A DNA stretch of 64,000 nucleotides from an uncultured Polyangiaceae bacterium (GTDB lineage Bacteria > Myxococcota_A > Polyangia > Polyangiales > Polyangiaceae): positions 896 to 64,895 of the forward strand of contig CAYOLF010000025.1 in the NCBI GenBank assembly GCA_964404725.1, written 5' to 3'. Of the stretch, positions 47,387 through 56,869 are shown one piece after another. The notes under the pieces were generated by a model. It did no database searches and was not told the origin of the DNA. It saw nothing but the letters and a program-made list of their open reading frames with translations. A program made the translations under genes and the position numbers. Every line of letters begins with the position of its first letter. The stretch's first letter is position 1.

Positions 47387-49849
47387 TCAGATCCGGTCCT
47401 GCAGTACCGCTTCGATCTTGGCGGCGAGGTCGGCAGACGAAAACGGCTTGGCGATGAAGTGCACCCCAGCATCGAGCACGCCGTGGTGCGCGATGACATC
47501 CGCCGTATACCCGGACATGAAGAGCGTCCTCAGGTTCGGGTGGAACGCGACCAAGCGATGAGCGAGCTCACGGCCGTTCATGCCGTGCATGATGACGTCG
47601 GTCAGCAGGAGGTCGAGCTCGTTGTCGTGCTCGGCCCCAATGCGGAAGGCCTCCTCCGGGGTGGACGCCGCCAGCACCGTGAACCCCCGCCGCTCCAGCA
47701 TCGTCTGCACTAGGCTCAGGATCGTCGGCTCGTCCTCGACGACCAGGATCGTGCCCTGCCCCTGGAGCTGCTTCCTGAGCGCGGTCCCCTGGGTCGCAGA
47801 GTCCACGCCGCCCGCGTGCCGCGGGAGGTAGACCCGAAATGCCGAGCCCTGACCCGGCTCGCTGTGGACGTTGATGAAGCCATGGTTCTGTTTGACGATG
47901 CCGTAGATGGTGGCAAGCCCGAGGCCAGTGCCCTTGCCGAGCTCCTTCGTGGTGAAGAACGGCTCGAACAATTGGGCCCGGATATCGGCGTCCATGCCGC
48001 AACCGTCATCGCTCACCGCCAGCATGACGAAGTCGCCGGGGACGAAGCCGGCACTCCCCGAACGGTGGTCGTTGTCGACGGCGACGTTGCTCGTCTCGAT
48101 GGTGATGGTGCCGATCTCTCCGATCGCGTCCCGGGCGTTGACGCAGAGGTTGGCGAGGATCTGATCGAGCTGCGTCGGATCGACCTTCACGGGCCAGAGA
48201 TCCTGGCCAGGGAGCCAGCAGAGACTGACATCCTCACCGATGAGGCGGCGGAGCATCGTGAGCGTGGCCTCGATGACCGCGTTGATGTCCACGACCCGTG
48301 GGGCGACGGTCTGCTTGCGTGCGAAGGCGAGGAGCTGTCGGGTGAGCTCGGCCGAGCGGCTGGCGGCGGCGCGAATGGCCTGCAGCTCCGCGAACGGAGG
48401 CCGATCGGGCTCGAGCCTGGCGAGCGCCAGCTCGGCCTGCCCGAGGATGACCATCAGCATGTTGTTGAAGTCGTGGGCGACTCCGCCGGCGAGTCTACCG
48501 ACCGACTCCATCTTCTGGGCTTGCGCGAGCTGCGCCTGCAGCCTCAACCGCTCGTCCTCGGCCAGCTTCCGATCGGTGATGTCGCGCGCCGCCTCGATGA
48601 CGCTCGTCACGCTCCCGTCGTCAGCGAGGATCGGCAGCGCGCTCAGCTCCCATACCCGACCGTCCGGGGTCCTGCCCTCGCCGGTGAGCGGTGTGCCAGA
48701 GTCGAAGCTCTCCAGCACGAGACACCGTTCGCAGCGTTCCTTGCGTCCGTGACGCGACTCGTAGCAGGGCTTCCCCAGGAACTCCGGCAGGGTCATCCCC
48801 ATGTTGGTCGCGGCCACGTCGTTGGCCCAGATGATCCGAAGATCACGAGAGATCAGGCACATCGCGTCGGGGACCGCGTTCAGGATGCCGCGAAACTGCT
48901 GGGAGAGCGCCCGGTACTCCTGCTCATTGTGCCGTAGCTCGGCTTCGGCGTGCTTGTGCTCGGTGATGTCCACGACGAACCCCGCGAGCAGCGGTGGCTC
49001 GTCACCTCCGGTCGTCGCCGCCCAATGGGTGAGCAGGACCCACACCGGGCTACCGTCCTGGCGGCGCAGTTCCACCTCCGCGCTCCGCGGGCGACCGTCC
49101 ACCAAGATCTGCTCGATCTGTCGCCGGCGAACCTCCGGGTCTGCGTAGACCTGCGTGCCGATGTCGTGAACGCACCGGAGCAGATCGTCGACGGACGGAT
49201 ACCCGAGGATGCGTGCCAGCGCCGGGTTCGCGCGGACGAACTGCCCGTCGGGGGTCGTCTGGAACATTCCCTCCAAGGCGTTCTCGAAGATCTCGCGGTA
49301 GCGCGCCTCGCTGCCACGCAGCGCCTGCTCGACTGCGCTGGCCTCCGCCGCTCCCGGGGGCGGGACCACGCCGCGCACCCGGGCGAGGGTGCGGCCATCC
49401 GACAGCTTCTGTAGCTCTACCGTCGCCTTCCGGACCCCTCCGCCCTTGCACGCGATCCGGCATGGGCCGGTCACGAACGGCTCGGAGCCAACGGCATCCC
49501 GTTGTTCCAAGGTGGCTTGTCCCCCCTCGGCGACAACCCGCTCGGCCAGCGCCGAACCGGAGAGCTCCTCGGCGGAGAAGCCCGAGACTTGGCGGAAGCG
49601 ACGGTTCGCCGCCACCAGACGCCCCTCCGAATCGGTGATGACGAGTCCGTCCGAGGCTCCCTCGAACAGCAGATCCCCGAGCTCGGGAGCAGGGACCGCC
49701 GCCGAGAGTCGAGCGCCACGTCTGCTGCGCTCGCCCAGTGCCGGATCCGTCGAAATCTGTGCGCCGCCAGCACCCGAGGGCCCGGCGTGGAGCCCGCCAG
49801 CCGACGCCTGGCGCGCCGCACCGCCTCCGGTGTCGTCAGAACCCACCAT
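47387..49849 (-). CDS. Hybrid sensor histidine kinase (multiple PAS, HisKA, HATPase, C-terminal receiver)
   Basis: 820 aa. H-box GGVAHDFNNML, GTGLGLATIYGIV, receiver ILVVEDEP..LLLTDVIMHGMNG..AKPF. Confidence 0.9.
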   Translation of the reverse strand: MVGSDDTGGGAARQASAGGLHAGPSGAGGAQISTDPALGERSRRGARLSAAVPAPELGDLLFEGASDGLVITDSEGRLVAANRRFRQVSGFSAEELSGSALAERVVAEGGQATLEQRDAVGSEPFVTGPCRIACKGGGVRKATVELQKLSDGRTLARVRGVVPPPGAAEASAVEQALRGSEARYREIFENALEGMFQTTPDGQFVRANPALARILGYPSVDDLLRCVHDIGTQVYADPEVRRRQIEQILVDGRPRSAEVELRRQDGSPVWVLLTHWAATTGGDEPPLLAGFVVDITEHKHAEAELRHNEQEYRALSQQFRGILNAVPDAMCLISRDLRIIWANDVAATNMGMTLPEFLGKPCYESRHGRKERCERCLVLESFDSGTPLTGEGRTPDGRVWELSALPILADDGSVTSVIEAARDITDRKLAEDERLRLQAQLAQAQKMESVGRLAGGVAHDFNNMLMVILGQAELALARLEPDRPPFAELQAIRAAASRSAELTRQLLAFARKQTVAPRVVDINAVIEATLTMLRRLIGEDVSLCWLPGQDLWPVKVDPTQLDQILANLCVNARDAIGEIGTITIETSNVAVDNDHRSGSAGFVPGDFVMLAVSDDGCGMDADIRAQLFEPFFTTKELGKGTGLGLATIYGIVKQNHGFINVHSEPGQGSAFRVYLPRHAGGVDSATQGTALRKQLQGQGTILVVEDEPTILSLVQTMLERRGFTVLAASTPEEAFRIGAEHDNELDLLLTDVIMHGMNGRELAHRLVAFHPNLRTLFMSGYTADVIAHHGVLDAGVHFIAKPFSSADLAAKIEAVLQDRI

Positions 49850-50192
49850 GGCCCGAGTCTACCCAACGGGATGATGAACCACCATCTCGTTCAGCTTGGA
49901 ACGGGGGTTCTCGAGCGCCTCCTCGAGCCTGGCAAGCTCGGCTCGCAGCGCCTTCTCGCGCGCCGCCGGCGCCCTGTTGACCCTGAGCGCTGCTTCGAGG
50001 CGATCGTAGACCGCAGGGACGCTCCAGAGCGCGCGGCCGTCGACGAGGATCCCATCCTGAGTTCGCAGGCTTGGGAGAGGCAGGTGGAGTACCTGCACGG
50101 CGTCCTGCAGAAGGACGTCGACGACTTCCGGGCCCACCTGCAAGAAGGGTACGTCGTCGAGGAGTGACCGCGGCCGCGGGTCGCCCCACGCG

Positions 50193-51107
50193 TCAGGCCG
50201 CCGGGCGCTCGGCGTCCGAGCCGCGCAGCGCGGCGAGCAGGCCCTCGGCGTCGTTGCAGGAGAGCAGCAGCGAGTGCCCGCGGGTCGTCGGGAGGTAGAG
50301 TACGGGGCGCCGGGTGGTGAGCTGCACCAGCGCCTTTTCCCCGCTGCGCAGGCGGCACCAGCCGGCGACATAGCCGGGCAGCCCGGCCCCCCAGGTGCGG
50401 ATCCGTACGCGCAGCGCGCGCTCGGTGTCGAGATCGACGACCCGAGCCGCGTCCAGGCGGAGCTCGGCAAGCGGGAGGGCCCGGCCGGGGAACATCCCAC
50501 GGATCCGCAGCCCCCGGTCATTCACGACGAAGTCGGTACGGACCATCGCGCGCCAGATGGCGAAGAGCAGCCCGGCGATGGGGAGCACCAGCAGCGCCGT
50601 GAGCCCGATCACAATCGGCAAGAGGCTCCCCGCCGGGGGTGCGATGGCGAAGGAGCCTGTGCCGCCATCGCGGAGCCGTTCCGCGGCCGCCTCGGCCGCC
50701 GCGGCGCTGAAGAGGACGCGGGTGCCGTCCCGAGTAGTCAGCAGGACCACCTTCGATTGGGTGAGGAAGACCAGCGCGGGCCCGCCATCACGGAGCCGGA
50801 ACCAGCCTTCCCCGTAGCTGGGGAGGCCGACGCCGTTGGTGCGCCAGGACGGGGTGAGCGCCGGCTCGTCGCCGAAGGTCGTGACCCGTACGGAGGCCGT
50901 GTCGATGGCATCACGGGGCCAGGCGCGGCCGTACAGGGCGTGGCGGACCGCGACTCGCTCGGGGTCGACCTCGAGGGTGGCGTGGTAGGGGGCGCTCGCG
51001 GCGTAAGACAGCAGGGCGACCAACAGCAGCGGGACGAGCGCCGTCGCGGCGATGAAGACGCGCGGGCCGCGACCGGCGGGGCTCATGGGGAAGACGTGTT
51101 CGCGCAT
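50193..51107 (-). CDS. Membrane protein with two TM-plus-bacterial-PH-like (bPH/DUF304-type) modules
   Basis: An internal duplication. Each half has a hydrophobic segment followed by ..GVGLPSYGEGWFRLRDGGPALVFLT.. or ..GAGLPGYVAGWCRLRSGEKALVQLT... Confidence 0.65.
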   Translation of the reverse strand: MREHVFPMSPAGRGPRVFIAATALVPLLLVALLSYAASAPYHATLEVDPERVAVRHALYGRAWPRDAIDTASVRVTTFGDEPALTPSWRTNGVGLPSYGEGWFRLRDGGPALVFLTQSKVVLLTTRDGTRVLFSAAAAEAAAERLRDGGTGSFAIAPPAGSLLPIVIGLTALLVLPIAGLLFAIWRAMVRTDFVVNDRGLRIRGMFPGRALPLAELRLDAARVVDLDTERALRVRIRTWGAGLPGYVAGWCRLRSGEKALVQLTTRRPVLYLPTTRGHSLLLSCNDAEGLLAALRGSDAERPAA

Positions 51108-51450
51108 GGGACCGCCGGCGCACGGTTGGGGTGGGGGTCGCCGTTGAGACTACCACCTCCGCACGAGGGGGAGGTCGTGGGTTGTGCCGGCGCGCCGGCC
51201 GCGCGCCGGCTCTGAGCGGGCGGCAGTTCGCCTCGGGACTCCGGCGGCAGCGCGGCGATCTCGGCGGTCGTGAAGCAGCGCGCGCGGCCACCTTGACCGA
51301 AGCTCTGGCACTACCGCTCGACCTGGGTCATACGGTGCGATGGGCTTGGCCGTCGAGCTTGAAACCTTCGCCGAACCGGCCGACCTCGAGCCGATCGAGG
51401 GAGCGAGCCGCGATTGACAGGTTGAGAGCGGTCGGACACCCTGACCGCTC

Positions 51451-53880
51451 GTGCCTCGCTGCGGCGACCACCGTCAGGACTCCGACGCGCCGACCTCGTC
51501 GCAGGGCGAGGGGCGTCGCAGCCTGGCGACCGGGAGTCCCTTGGATGTCGTCTACGAGTGGGACTGCCGCGATGGTCGGATCCGGTGGTTCGGCGCGATC
51601 GGCGCGCTCCTGGGGTACGACCCGGGGGAGCTACCTCGTACCCTGGAGGACTTCCTCGCGCACGTTCACCCCGACGATCGGGGAGGTGTGGAGGAGGTCA
51701 CCCGCGCGGGGCTGGCCACCGGCAGCACCTGGGGTGGGCTCTACCGGGTAGTCCGGAAGGACGGCGGTGTGGTGCATTGGCACGGGACGGGCTCGCCCGT
51801 CCTCGACGCGACCGGCAATCCGGTCCGAGTCATCGGTGCCATCTCGGACGTCACGGCGCGGATGCGGTTCGAGGCGAGCCTGGCCGAGGAGCGGGCGCTC
51901 TACCTGGACCTCATGAACGCCCAGCCCGCGGGCACCTACCGCATCCGGGTGGCCTCTCCATCCCGCTGGCGACAGGACTCCTGGCGCAACGCCGAGGCGC
52001 CTCCGTTCCGGTTCGAGCACCTCAGCGCGCGCTTCTGCGAGCTCATTGGCTACGATCGTGAGACCATCGAGGCGCAGCCGGGGGGCATCCTCGAGCTAGT
52101 CCACCCCGATGACCGGGAGGCCTTTGCGCGGCGGAACGAGGAGGCCAACCGCCAGCTGATCCCCTTTCTCTGGGAGGGGCGCCTGCTCTCGGGAGGTCGC
52201 GAGCGCTGGGTCCGGCTCGAGTCGCTACCCCGACCCGGCGAGGACGGCGACGTCGTGTGGACCGGCATCCTCGTGGATGTCACCGCTCAGCGGCTGGCCG
52301 AGGACGCGCTGCGGCAGCGAGAGGATCAGCTCCGCGCGCTGTCCGATAACCTGCCCGCTGGCCTGGTCTTCCAGATCGAGTCGGCCTCGGACGGGAGCCA
52401 ACGGCGGTACAACTACATCAGCGCGCGAGTGGAGCAGCTCCACGGCGTGACCGCGGCGGCGGTTCTCGCCGATCCAGCGACGCTCCATCGCCAGATCCAC
52501 GAGGAGGACCAGTCGCGGGTCGCGGAGCTCGAGGCGCGCGCGGCGGCCGAGATGACGCCCCTGTGCGGCGAGGTGCGCGTCCGTCTTCCCTCGGGCGAGA
52601 CGCGCTGGCGACTGTTCGCGTCCGCGCCGCGCCGTCTGCCCAATGATCGGCTGCTCTGGGACGGCATCGAGCTCGACGTGACCGAGCGGCGGCGTGACGA
52701 GGAGGAGCGCGCGAAGCTCCAGGCCCAGCTCGCCCAAGCCCAGAAGATCGAGGCAATCGGCCGGCTCGCTGGGGGGGTCGCGCACGACTTCAACAACATG
52801 CTGGTGGTGATCCTGGCCAACGCTGAGCTGGCGCAGAAGCGGCTCGATTCGGCGAGTCCGCTCGCCTCCCACCTGGAGCAGATCCACCGGGCGGCGGTGC
52901 ACTCCGCAGAGCTTACCCGCCAGCTGCTGGCCTTCGCCCGTAAGCAGACCATCTCACCCCAGGTGCTGGATCTGAACCAGACGGTGGAGGACACGCTCAG
53001 GATGCTGCGACGGCTCCTGGGCGAAGACATCGAGCTCAGCTGGCGCCCGGGCAGGGGCGTCGGAGCCGTGCGCATGGATCCGGCCCAGCTCGAGCAGATC
53101 CTCACCAACCTCTGCGTCAACGCGCGCGACGCGATTTCGGATGCCGGGGCCGCCGGTCGGATCACCATCGAGACGGGTCGGAGGCGCCTGGTGGAGGACG
53201 ACCGCCGGGAGACCGGGAGTGTGGGGCCCGGCGACTACGCCGTGCTGCGAGTGGGCGACACGGGCTGCGGCATGGATCCGGCGAGCCTCGAGCAGTTGTT
53301 CGAGCCTTTCTTCACCACCAAGGTGCTGGGACGGGGCACGGGGCTGGGTCTGTCCACAGTGCACGGGATCGTGACGCAGAACGGCGGCCAGATCGAGGTT
53401 CGCAGCCAACGCGGCTGCGGATCGACCTTCGAGATCCTCCTCCCGTGTCACACCTTTCCTGCCGAGTCGGAGGACGAAGTGGGAGAGCCGGCGACCGGAG
53501 AGCCCGGCAGCGAGCGCGTGCTCGTGGTGGAGGACGAGCCCTCGGTGCTGAGGGTCACTTCGATCCTGCTCGACTCCCTGGGGTACCGGGTGGTCGCTGC
53601 GGCGGGTCCGGTCGAAGCGCTGCGCCTGGCACGAGAGCATCCCGATGAGCTGGACCTCCTGATGACCGATCTCGTGATGCCGGAGATGAACGGCCGGGAG
53701 CTCGCGAGGCAAGTGCAGGGGCTTCACCCCCGGATTCGGTGCCTCTTCGTCTCCGGGTATACCGCCGACGTGATCGCTCACCGGGGCATCCTGGAGCGGG
53801 GCGTGCACTTCCTGGCCAAGCCCTTCACCCGTGCTGAGCTGGCCGCCAAGGTGCGCGAGGCGCTCGGACCGTCCTCCTGA
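51451..53880 (+). CDS. Hybrid sensor histidine kinase (PAS x3-4, HisKA, HATPase, receiver), paralogue of 47387..49849
   Basis: H-box GGVAHDFNNML, GTGLGLSTVHGIV, receiver VLVVEDEP..LLMTDLVMPEMNG..AKPF. The start is uncertain: GTG 51451, or TTG 51541 with GGGAG 4 nt upstream. Confidence 0.88.
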   Translation: MPRCGDHRQDSDAPTSSQGEGRRSLATGSPLDVVYEWDCRDGRIRWFGAIGALLGYDPGELPRTLEDFLAHVHPDDRGGVEEVTRAGLATGSTWGGLYRVVRKDGGVVHWHGTGSPVLDATGNPVRVIGAISDVTARMRFEASLAEERALYLDLMNAQPAGTYRIRVASPSRWRQDSWRNAEAPPFRFEHLSARFCELIGYDRETIEAQPGGILELVHPDDREAFARRNEEANRQLIPFLWEGRLLSGGRERWVRLESLPRPGEDGDVVWTGILVDVTAQRLAEDALRQREDQLRALSDNLPAGLVFQIESASDGSQRRYNYISARVEQLHGVTAAAVLADPATLHRQIHEEDQSRVAELEARAAAEMTPLCGEVRVRLPSGETRWRLFASAPRRLPNDRLLWDGIELDVTERRRDEEERAKLQAQLAQAQKIEAIGRLAGGVAHDFNNMLVVILANAELAQKRLDSASPLASHLEQIHRAAVHSAELTRQLLAFARKQTISPQVLDLNQTVEDTLRMLRRLLGEDIELSWRPGRGVGAVRMDPAQLEQILTNLCVNARDAISDAGAAGRITIETGRRRLVEDDRRETGSVGPGDYAVLRVGDTGCGMDPASLEQLFEPFFTTKVLGRGTGLGLSTVHGIVTQNGGQIEVRSQRGCGSTFEILLPCHTFPAESEDEVGEPATGEPGSERVLVVEDEPSVLRVTSILLDSLGYRVVAAAGPVEALRLAREHPDELDLLMTDLVMPEMNGRELARQVQGLHPRIRCLFVSGYTADVIAHRGILERGVHFLAKPFTRAELAAKVREALGPSS

Positions 53881-53967
53881 GCTCTCAAAGGCGAGGGCCC
53901 GGGGCCAGTCGAGCACGAGGTAGCTCGGGGTGGGCTGGCCGGGGCTCGCGATCAGGGAAACGGCGGG

Positions 53968-55065
53968 CTACAGCCAGTCGGGCGGAGTGCAGGCGCCCTC
54001 GCGGTCGGTGCACGTGCAGCCGGTCAAGACGAGCTGCTGCTCGACGAGCGCGACGTCGCCGCATTGGCCGAGCGCGGAGGCGGCGCAGGCGTCCTCCTCC
54101 TCGTCCACCGCGCAGTACCTCACCGCTTCGCCCACGCACTTGTAGTAGCAGGCCGTCCGCGAGTACCAGTCGGGGAAGCAGGCGGGGGTCTCGTCCGGCA
54201 GCGTGCAGGAACAGTCCACGACGAAGGCGCTCTCTTCGACGGTGGCGCCCGCGGCGGCGCAGGCCTCGGCCGCCCGTGCGGCGCAGTCGCTCGCGTCCGC
54301 GCCCCCGCCGCAGCGCGAGTGCGCCTCACCGGCGCAGTGGAAGAAACACACGGCGGTGATGACGCGGTAGAAGTCCGGCTCCTGGCAGCCCAAACCGGCG
54401 TCGCCCCCGCAGGCGCAGCCGGGCTGGTGCACGAATGAGCCCACGCCGTTCGCGGTGCAGAGGGTCATCGCCTGTTCGACGCAGGCGGCGCTGCTCGCGC
54501 GTGTCGTGCATTGGCGCAGCGTCACCGCGTCGGGATCGGTGGGCGGCGGGTTGCACTCGACGTAGCAGGCGCCGTCGCCGCCGCCGACCCCGGGCGAGGT
54601 CCCGCCCGTGCCGGTCCCGCCGGTCCCCACGGGCGCCGCGGCGCCGAGCAAGATGGGTCCCCCTTCCCGCTGCCCGCTGAACCCGCGCAGCCAGTCGGAG
54701 TCGGTCCAGATCCCCCACACGGCGCCGTCGAGCCGCACCTGTCCGTCGAACGAGCCGGCGTCGCAGGTCATGAGCAGGCGGCCGTCGGCGTCGAGGAGCC
54801 CGAGGAGTTCGTGGGAGGCGCCGGCCGCGTCCACCACGGTGCCCATCGCCAGGCCGTCCGCGCTCACGGTGAGCTGCCAGGTGCCGCCGCCCTCCAAGGT
54901 GCCGGCGTAGCTGCCCGCGAGGGCCACGAGGCAGCTCGCCTCGCTCGCGCCCGGCGGGCAAGCGAACGGCTCGGCGCGCTCCTCCTCCGCGGCAGGCCGG
55001 CAACCGACGAGCGCCGCGAGCAAGGCGGCGATCGACGTCCACTCGACGAGCCGCGCCCCGATCAC
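53968..55065 (-). CDS. Lipoprotein with an N-terminal beta-rich domain, a Gly/Thr linker and three tandem 8-Cys modules
   Basis: GTG 55065. IAALLAALVGC lipobox. Three roughly 65-aa repeats each show C-x4-C..C..C..C..CxC..C-x2-PD(F/W)(Y/L). Confidence 0.7.
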   Translation of the reverse strand: MIGARLVEWTSIAALLAALVGCRPAAEEERAEPFACPPGASEASCLVALAGSYAGTLEGGGTWQLTVSADGLAMGTVVDAAGASHELLGLLDADGRLLMTCDAGSFDGQVRLDGAVWGIWTDSDWLRGFSGQREGGPILLGAAAPVGTGGTGTGGTSPGVGGGDGACYVECNPPPTDPDAVTLRQCTTRASSAACVEQAMTLCTANGVGSFVHQPGCACGGDAGLGCQEPDFYRVITAVCFFHCAGEAHSRCGGGADASDCAARAAEACAAAGATVEESAFVVDCSCTLPDETPACFPDWYSRTACYYKCVGEAVRYCAVDEEEDACAASALGQCGDVALVEQQLVLTGCTCTDREGACTPPDWL

Positions 55066-55163
55066 GGCTTCAGGTGTACCCGCTCCTCGCTCTGCCGCAA
55101 GCGTGCCGGCTGGCGCTGGCAGCCTCGGTTGCGGGGTCGCTGCGGCTCCGGTATCGAGGGGGG

Positions 55164-56027
55164 GTGGAATCGGCGCGCCCGCGGGTCTGCCTCGGAGCCC
55201 GGCGGCTCGCGGTCGGCGTGGGCTGGCTCGGGGCCCTGCCGCTCGCGGGCTGCGGGGCCTCGCTCTCGAGCTTCCAGCCCGCCCACGTGCCCGAGCCGGG
55301 GCACGTCCAGGGAGAAGCCGGCTTCGACGTCTCCTACCCGGTGCACACCGTCGGCGAGGTCATCGACGCGGCGGAGGCCGTCGAGGACGCCGCGGAGGAG
55401 CGCGTGCTCACCGACGAAGAGATCCGGACCATAGCCGAGGGCGGCGCGGCCCTGGGGCTGAACCCGCCCGCGGTGATCGGGCACGCCGGGGTGGCCTTCG
55501 CTCCCGCCCGGCGCTTCGAGATCGGGGCGCGCCTGGCGACGAGCGGCTGGCGCGGCGGTGTCCGGTACCAGCTGCTCGAGCAGGACGAGCACGGCGTCGA
55601 TCTCAGCGTGGGGATCGGCTTCGGTACCGCGGTGACGAAGCCCGTCATCGAGGAGGCCCTCGACACGCTAACGGTCGATAGCTACTGGCGGTGGAACCTC
55701 GACCTGCCCGTCGCCCTCGGTCGGCACGGCTCCTGGTACCGCTGGTGGGCCGGACCGCGGCTCTTGTTCTCGCGGTCCGCGCAGACCCTCACCGTGGAGC
55801 TGCCCTACGCCGACACGCGGGTGAAGGGCGACATCGGGGGCAGCGTGATCTACGTGGGCGGCCTTGCTGGCGCCGCGCTCGGCTACCGCTCCGTGTTCGT
55901 CGGGCCCGAGCTGACCGTCGCTGGGCTGTTCGGGCGGGTCGACGTCGACCTGCTCGGCCGCCGGGAGCCGGTCGTCCTCGACACGGCCGTGGTGCAGCCG
56001 GCCTTCGCCGTGATGGGGGAGTTCTGA
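55164..56027 (+). CDS. Putative outer-membrane beta-barrel lipoprotein, hypothetical
   Basis: ..GWLGALPLAGCGAS. Alternating-hydrophobic strands. C-terminal ..AFAVMGEF (terminal Phe, OMP-like). The start is uncertain: the track gives 55074, only 8 bp from the divergent gene, and I prefer GTG 55164. Confidence 0.55.
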   Translation: MESARPRVCLGARRLAVGVGWLGALPLAGCGASLSSFQPAHVPEPGHVQGEAGFDVSYPVHTVGEVIDAAEAVEDAAEERVLTDEEIRTIAEGGAALGLNPPAVIGHAGVAFAPARRFEIGARLATSGWRGGVRYQLLEQDEHGVDLSVGIGFGTAVTKPVIEEALDTLTVDSYWRWNLDLPVALGRHGSWYRWWAGPRLLFSRSAQTLTVELPYADTRVKGDIGGSVIYVGGLAGAALGYRSVFVGPELTVAGLFGRVDVDLLGRREPVVLDTAVVQPAFAVMGEF

Positions 56028-56761
56028 TGCAGCTCTCTCCGGGCCTCAAGCTCGCGGCGATGGCGCTCGCCACTTCGCAGCTCCACGCGGCGTGCTTCTA
56101 CTCGCCGCCCCCCATGCTCAGCCACGCGCAGGCGGCCGACACGCTGGGGCCGGGCGCGGTGGCGGTGACGGGTGAGGTCGGCTATGCCGCGTCCGGATCC
56201 TGGTGGAACTCCTCCAACCTCAGCGACGTCAACGTGACCGATGGCGCCGTGGGCGCCGGTCGGCTGCGCGTCGGGGTGGGCAAGGACGTCGATCTCGGCC
56301 TCGTCAACGGCTACGGGCCGAACCGCGGCTTCGTCCTTGGGCCGGAGGTCAAGTGGCGATGGCTGCACCTGACGCCGGACGACGTGGCGAACCCGCCCGC
56401 GTTCCACGCCGCGTGGCTCACTGGGGTGGCCTTCGGCGCTGCCGACTTCCGGCTCGACGAGGCCGAGCGAGGGCGGCGCCACGCCTTTGTCGCGCCGTAC
56501 ACGGGGCTGCTCGCCTCGGGCGGTGTCCACGCGGTACAGATGTACACGGGGTTCCGCTTCGCGGCGAGCGAGACTCTGGGTGACGAGCACGGCGACTTGA
56601 CCTTGTTCCCCGCGCTGAGCTTCGGCGTGCACCTCCAGCCGTTCGATCCGCTCTCGTTCTTCGCGGAGGGGATCATGGCCGGGGGCCTCACCACCACCGA
56701 CTTCGGCGACTCGGCCATCCTCGTCTACCCGAGCGCCGGCGCGACGGTTCGCTTCGACTGA
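56027..56761 (+). CDS. Putative beta-barrel outer-membrane protein, hypothetical
   Basis: ATG 56027 shares a base with the upstream stop (TGATG). MQLSPGLKLAAMALATSQLHAA signal. Strand-like repeats, ends ..GATVRFD. Confidence 0.55.
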   Translation: MQLSPGLKLAAMALATSQLHAACFYSPPPMLSHAQAADTLGPGAVAVTGEVGYAASGSWWNSSNLSDVNVTDGAVGAGRLRVGVGKDVDLGLVNGYGPNRGFVLGPEVKWRWLHLTPDDVANPPAFHAAWLTGVAFGAADFRLDEAERGRRHAFVAPYTGLLASGGVHAVQMYTGFRFAASETLGDEHGDLTLFPALSFGVHLQPFDPLSFFAEGIMAGGLTTTDFGDSAILVYPSAGATVRFD

Positions 56762-56869
56762 AGCGGGGGCGCCCGGCGCGCCTGCGACGGCCGGCGTCGC
56801 AGGGTCGTGGCAAGCTCCGCTCCACGGGTGGCGGCCGCTCCGGGAGTGTTCCCCGGCCCGCGGCGGCAC

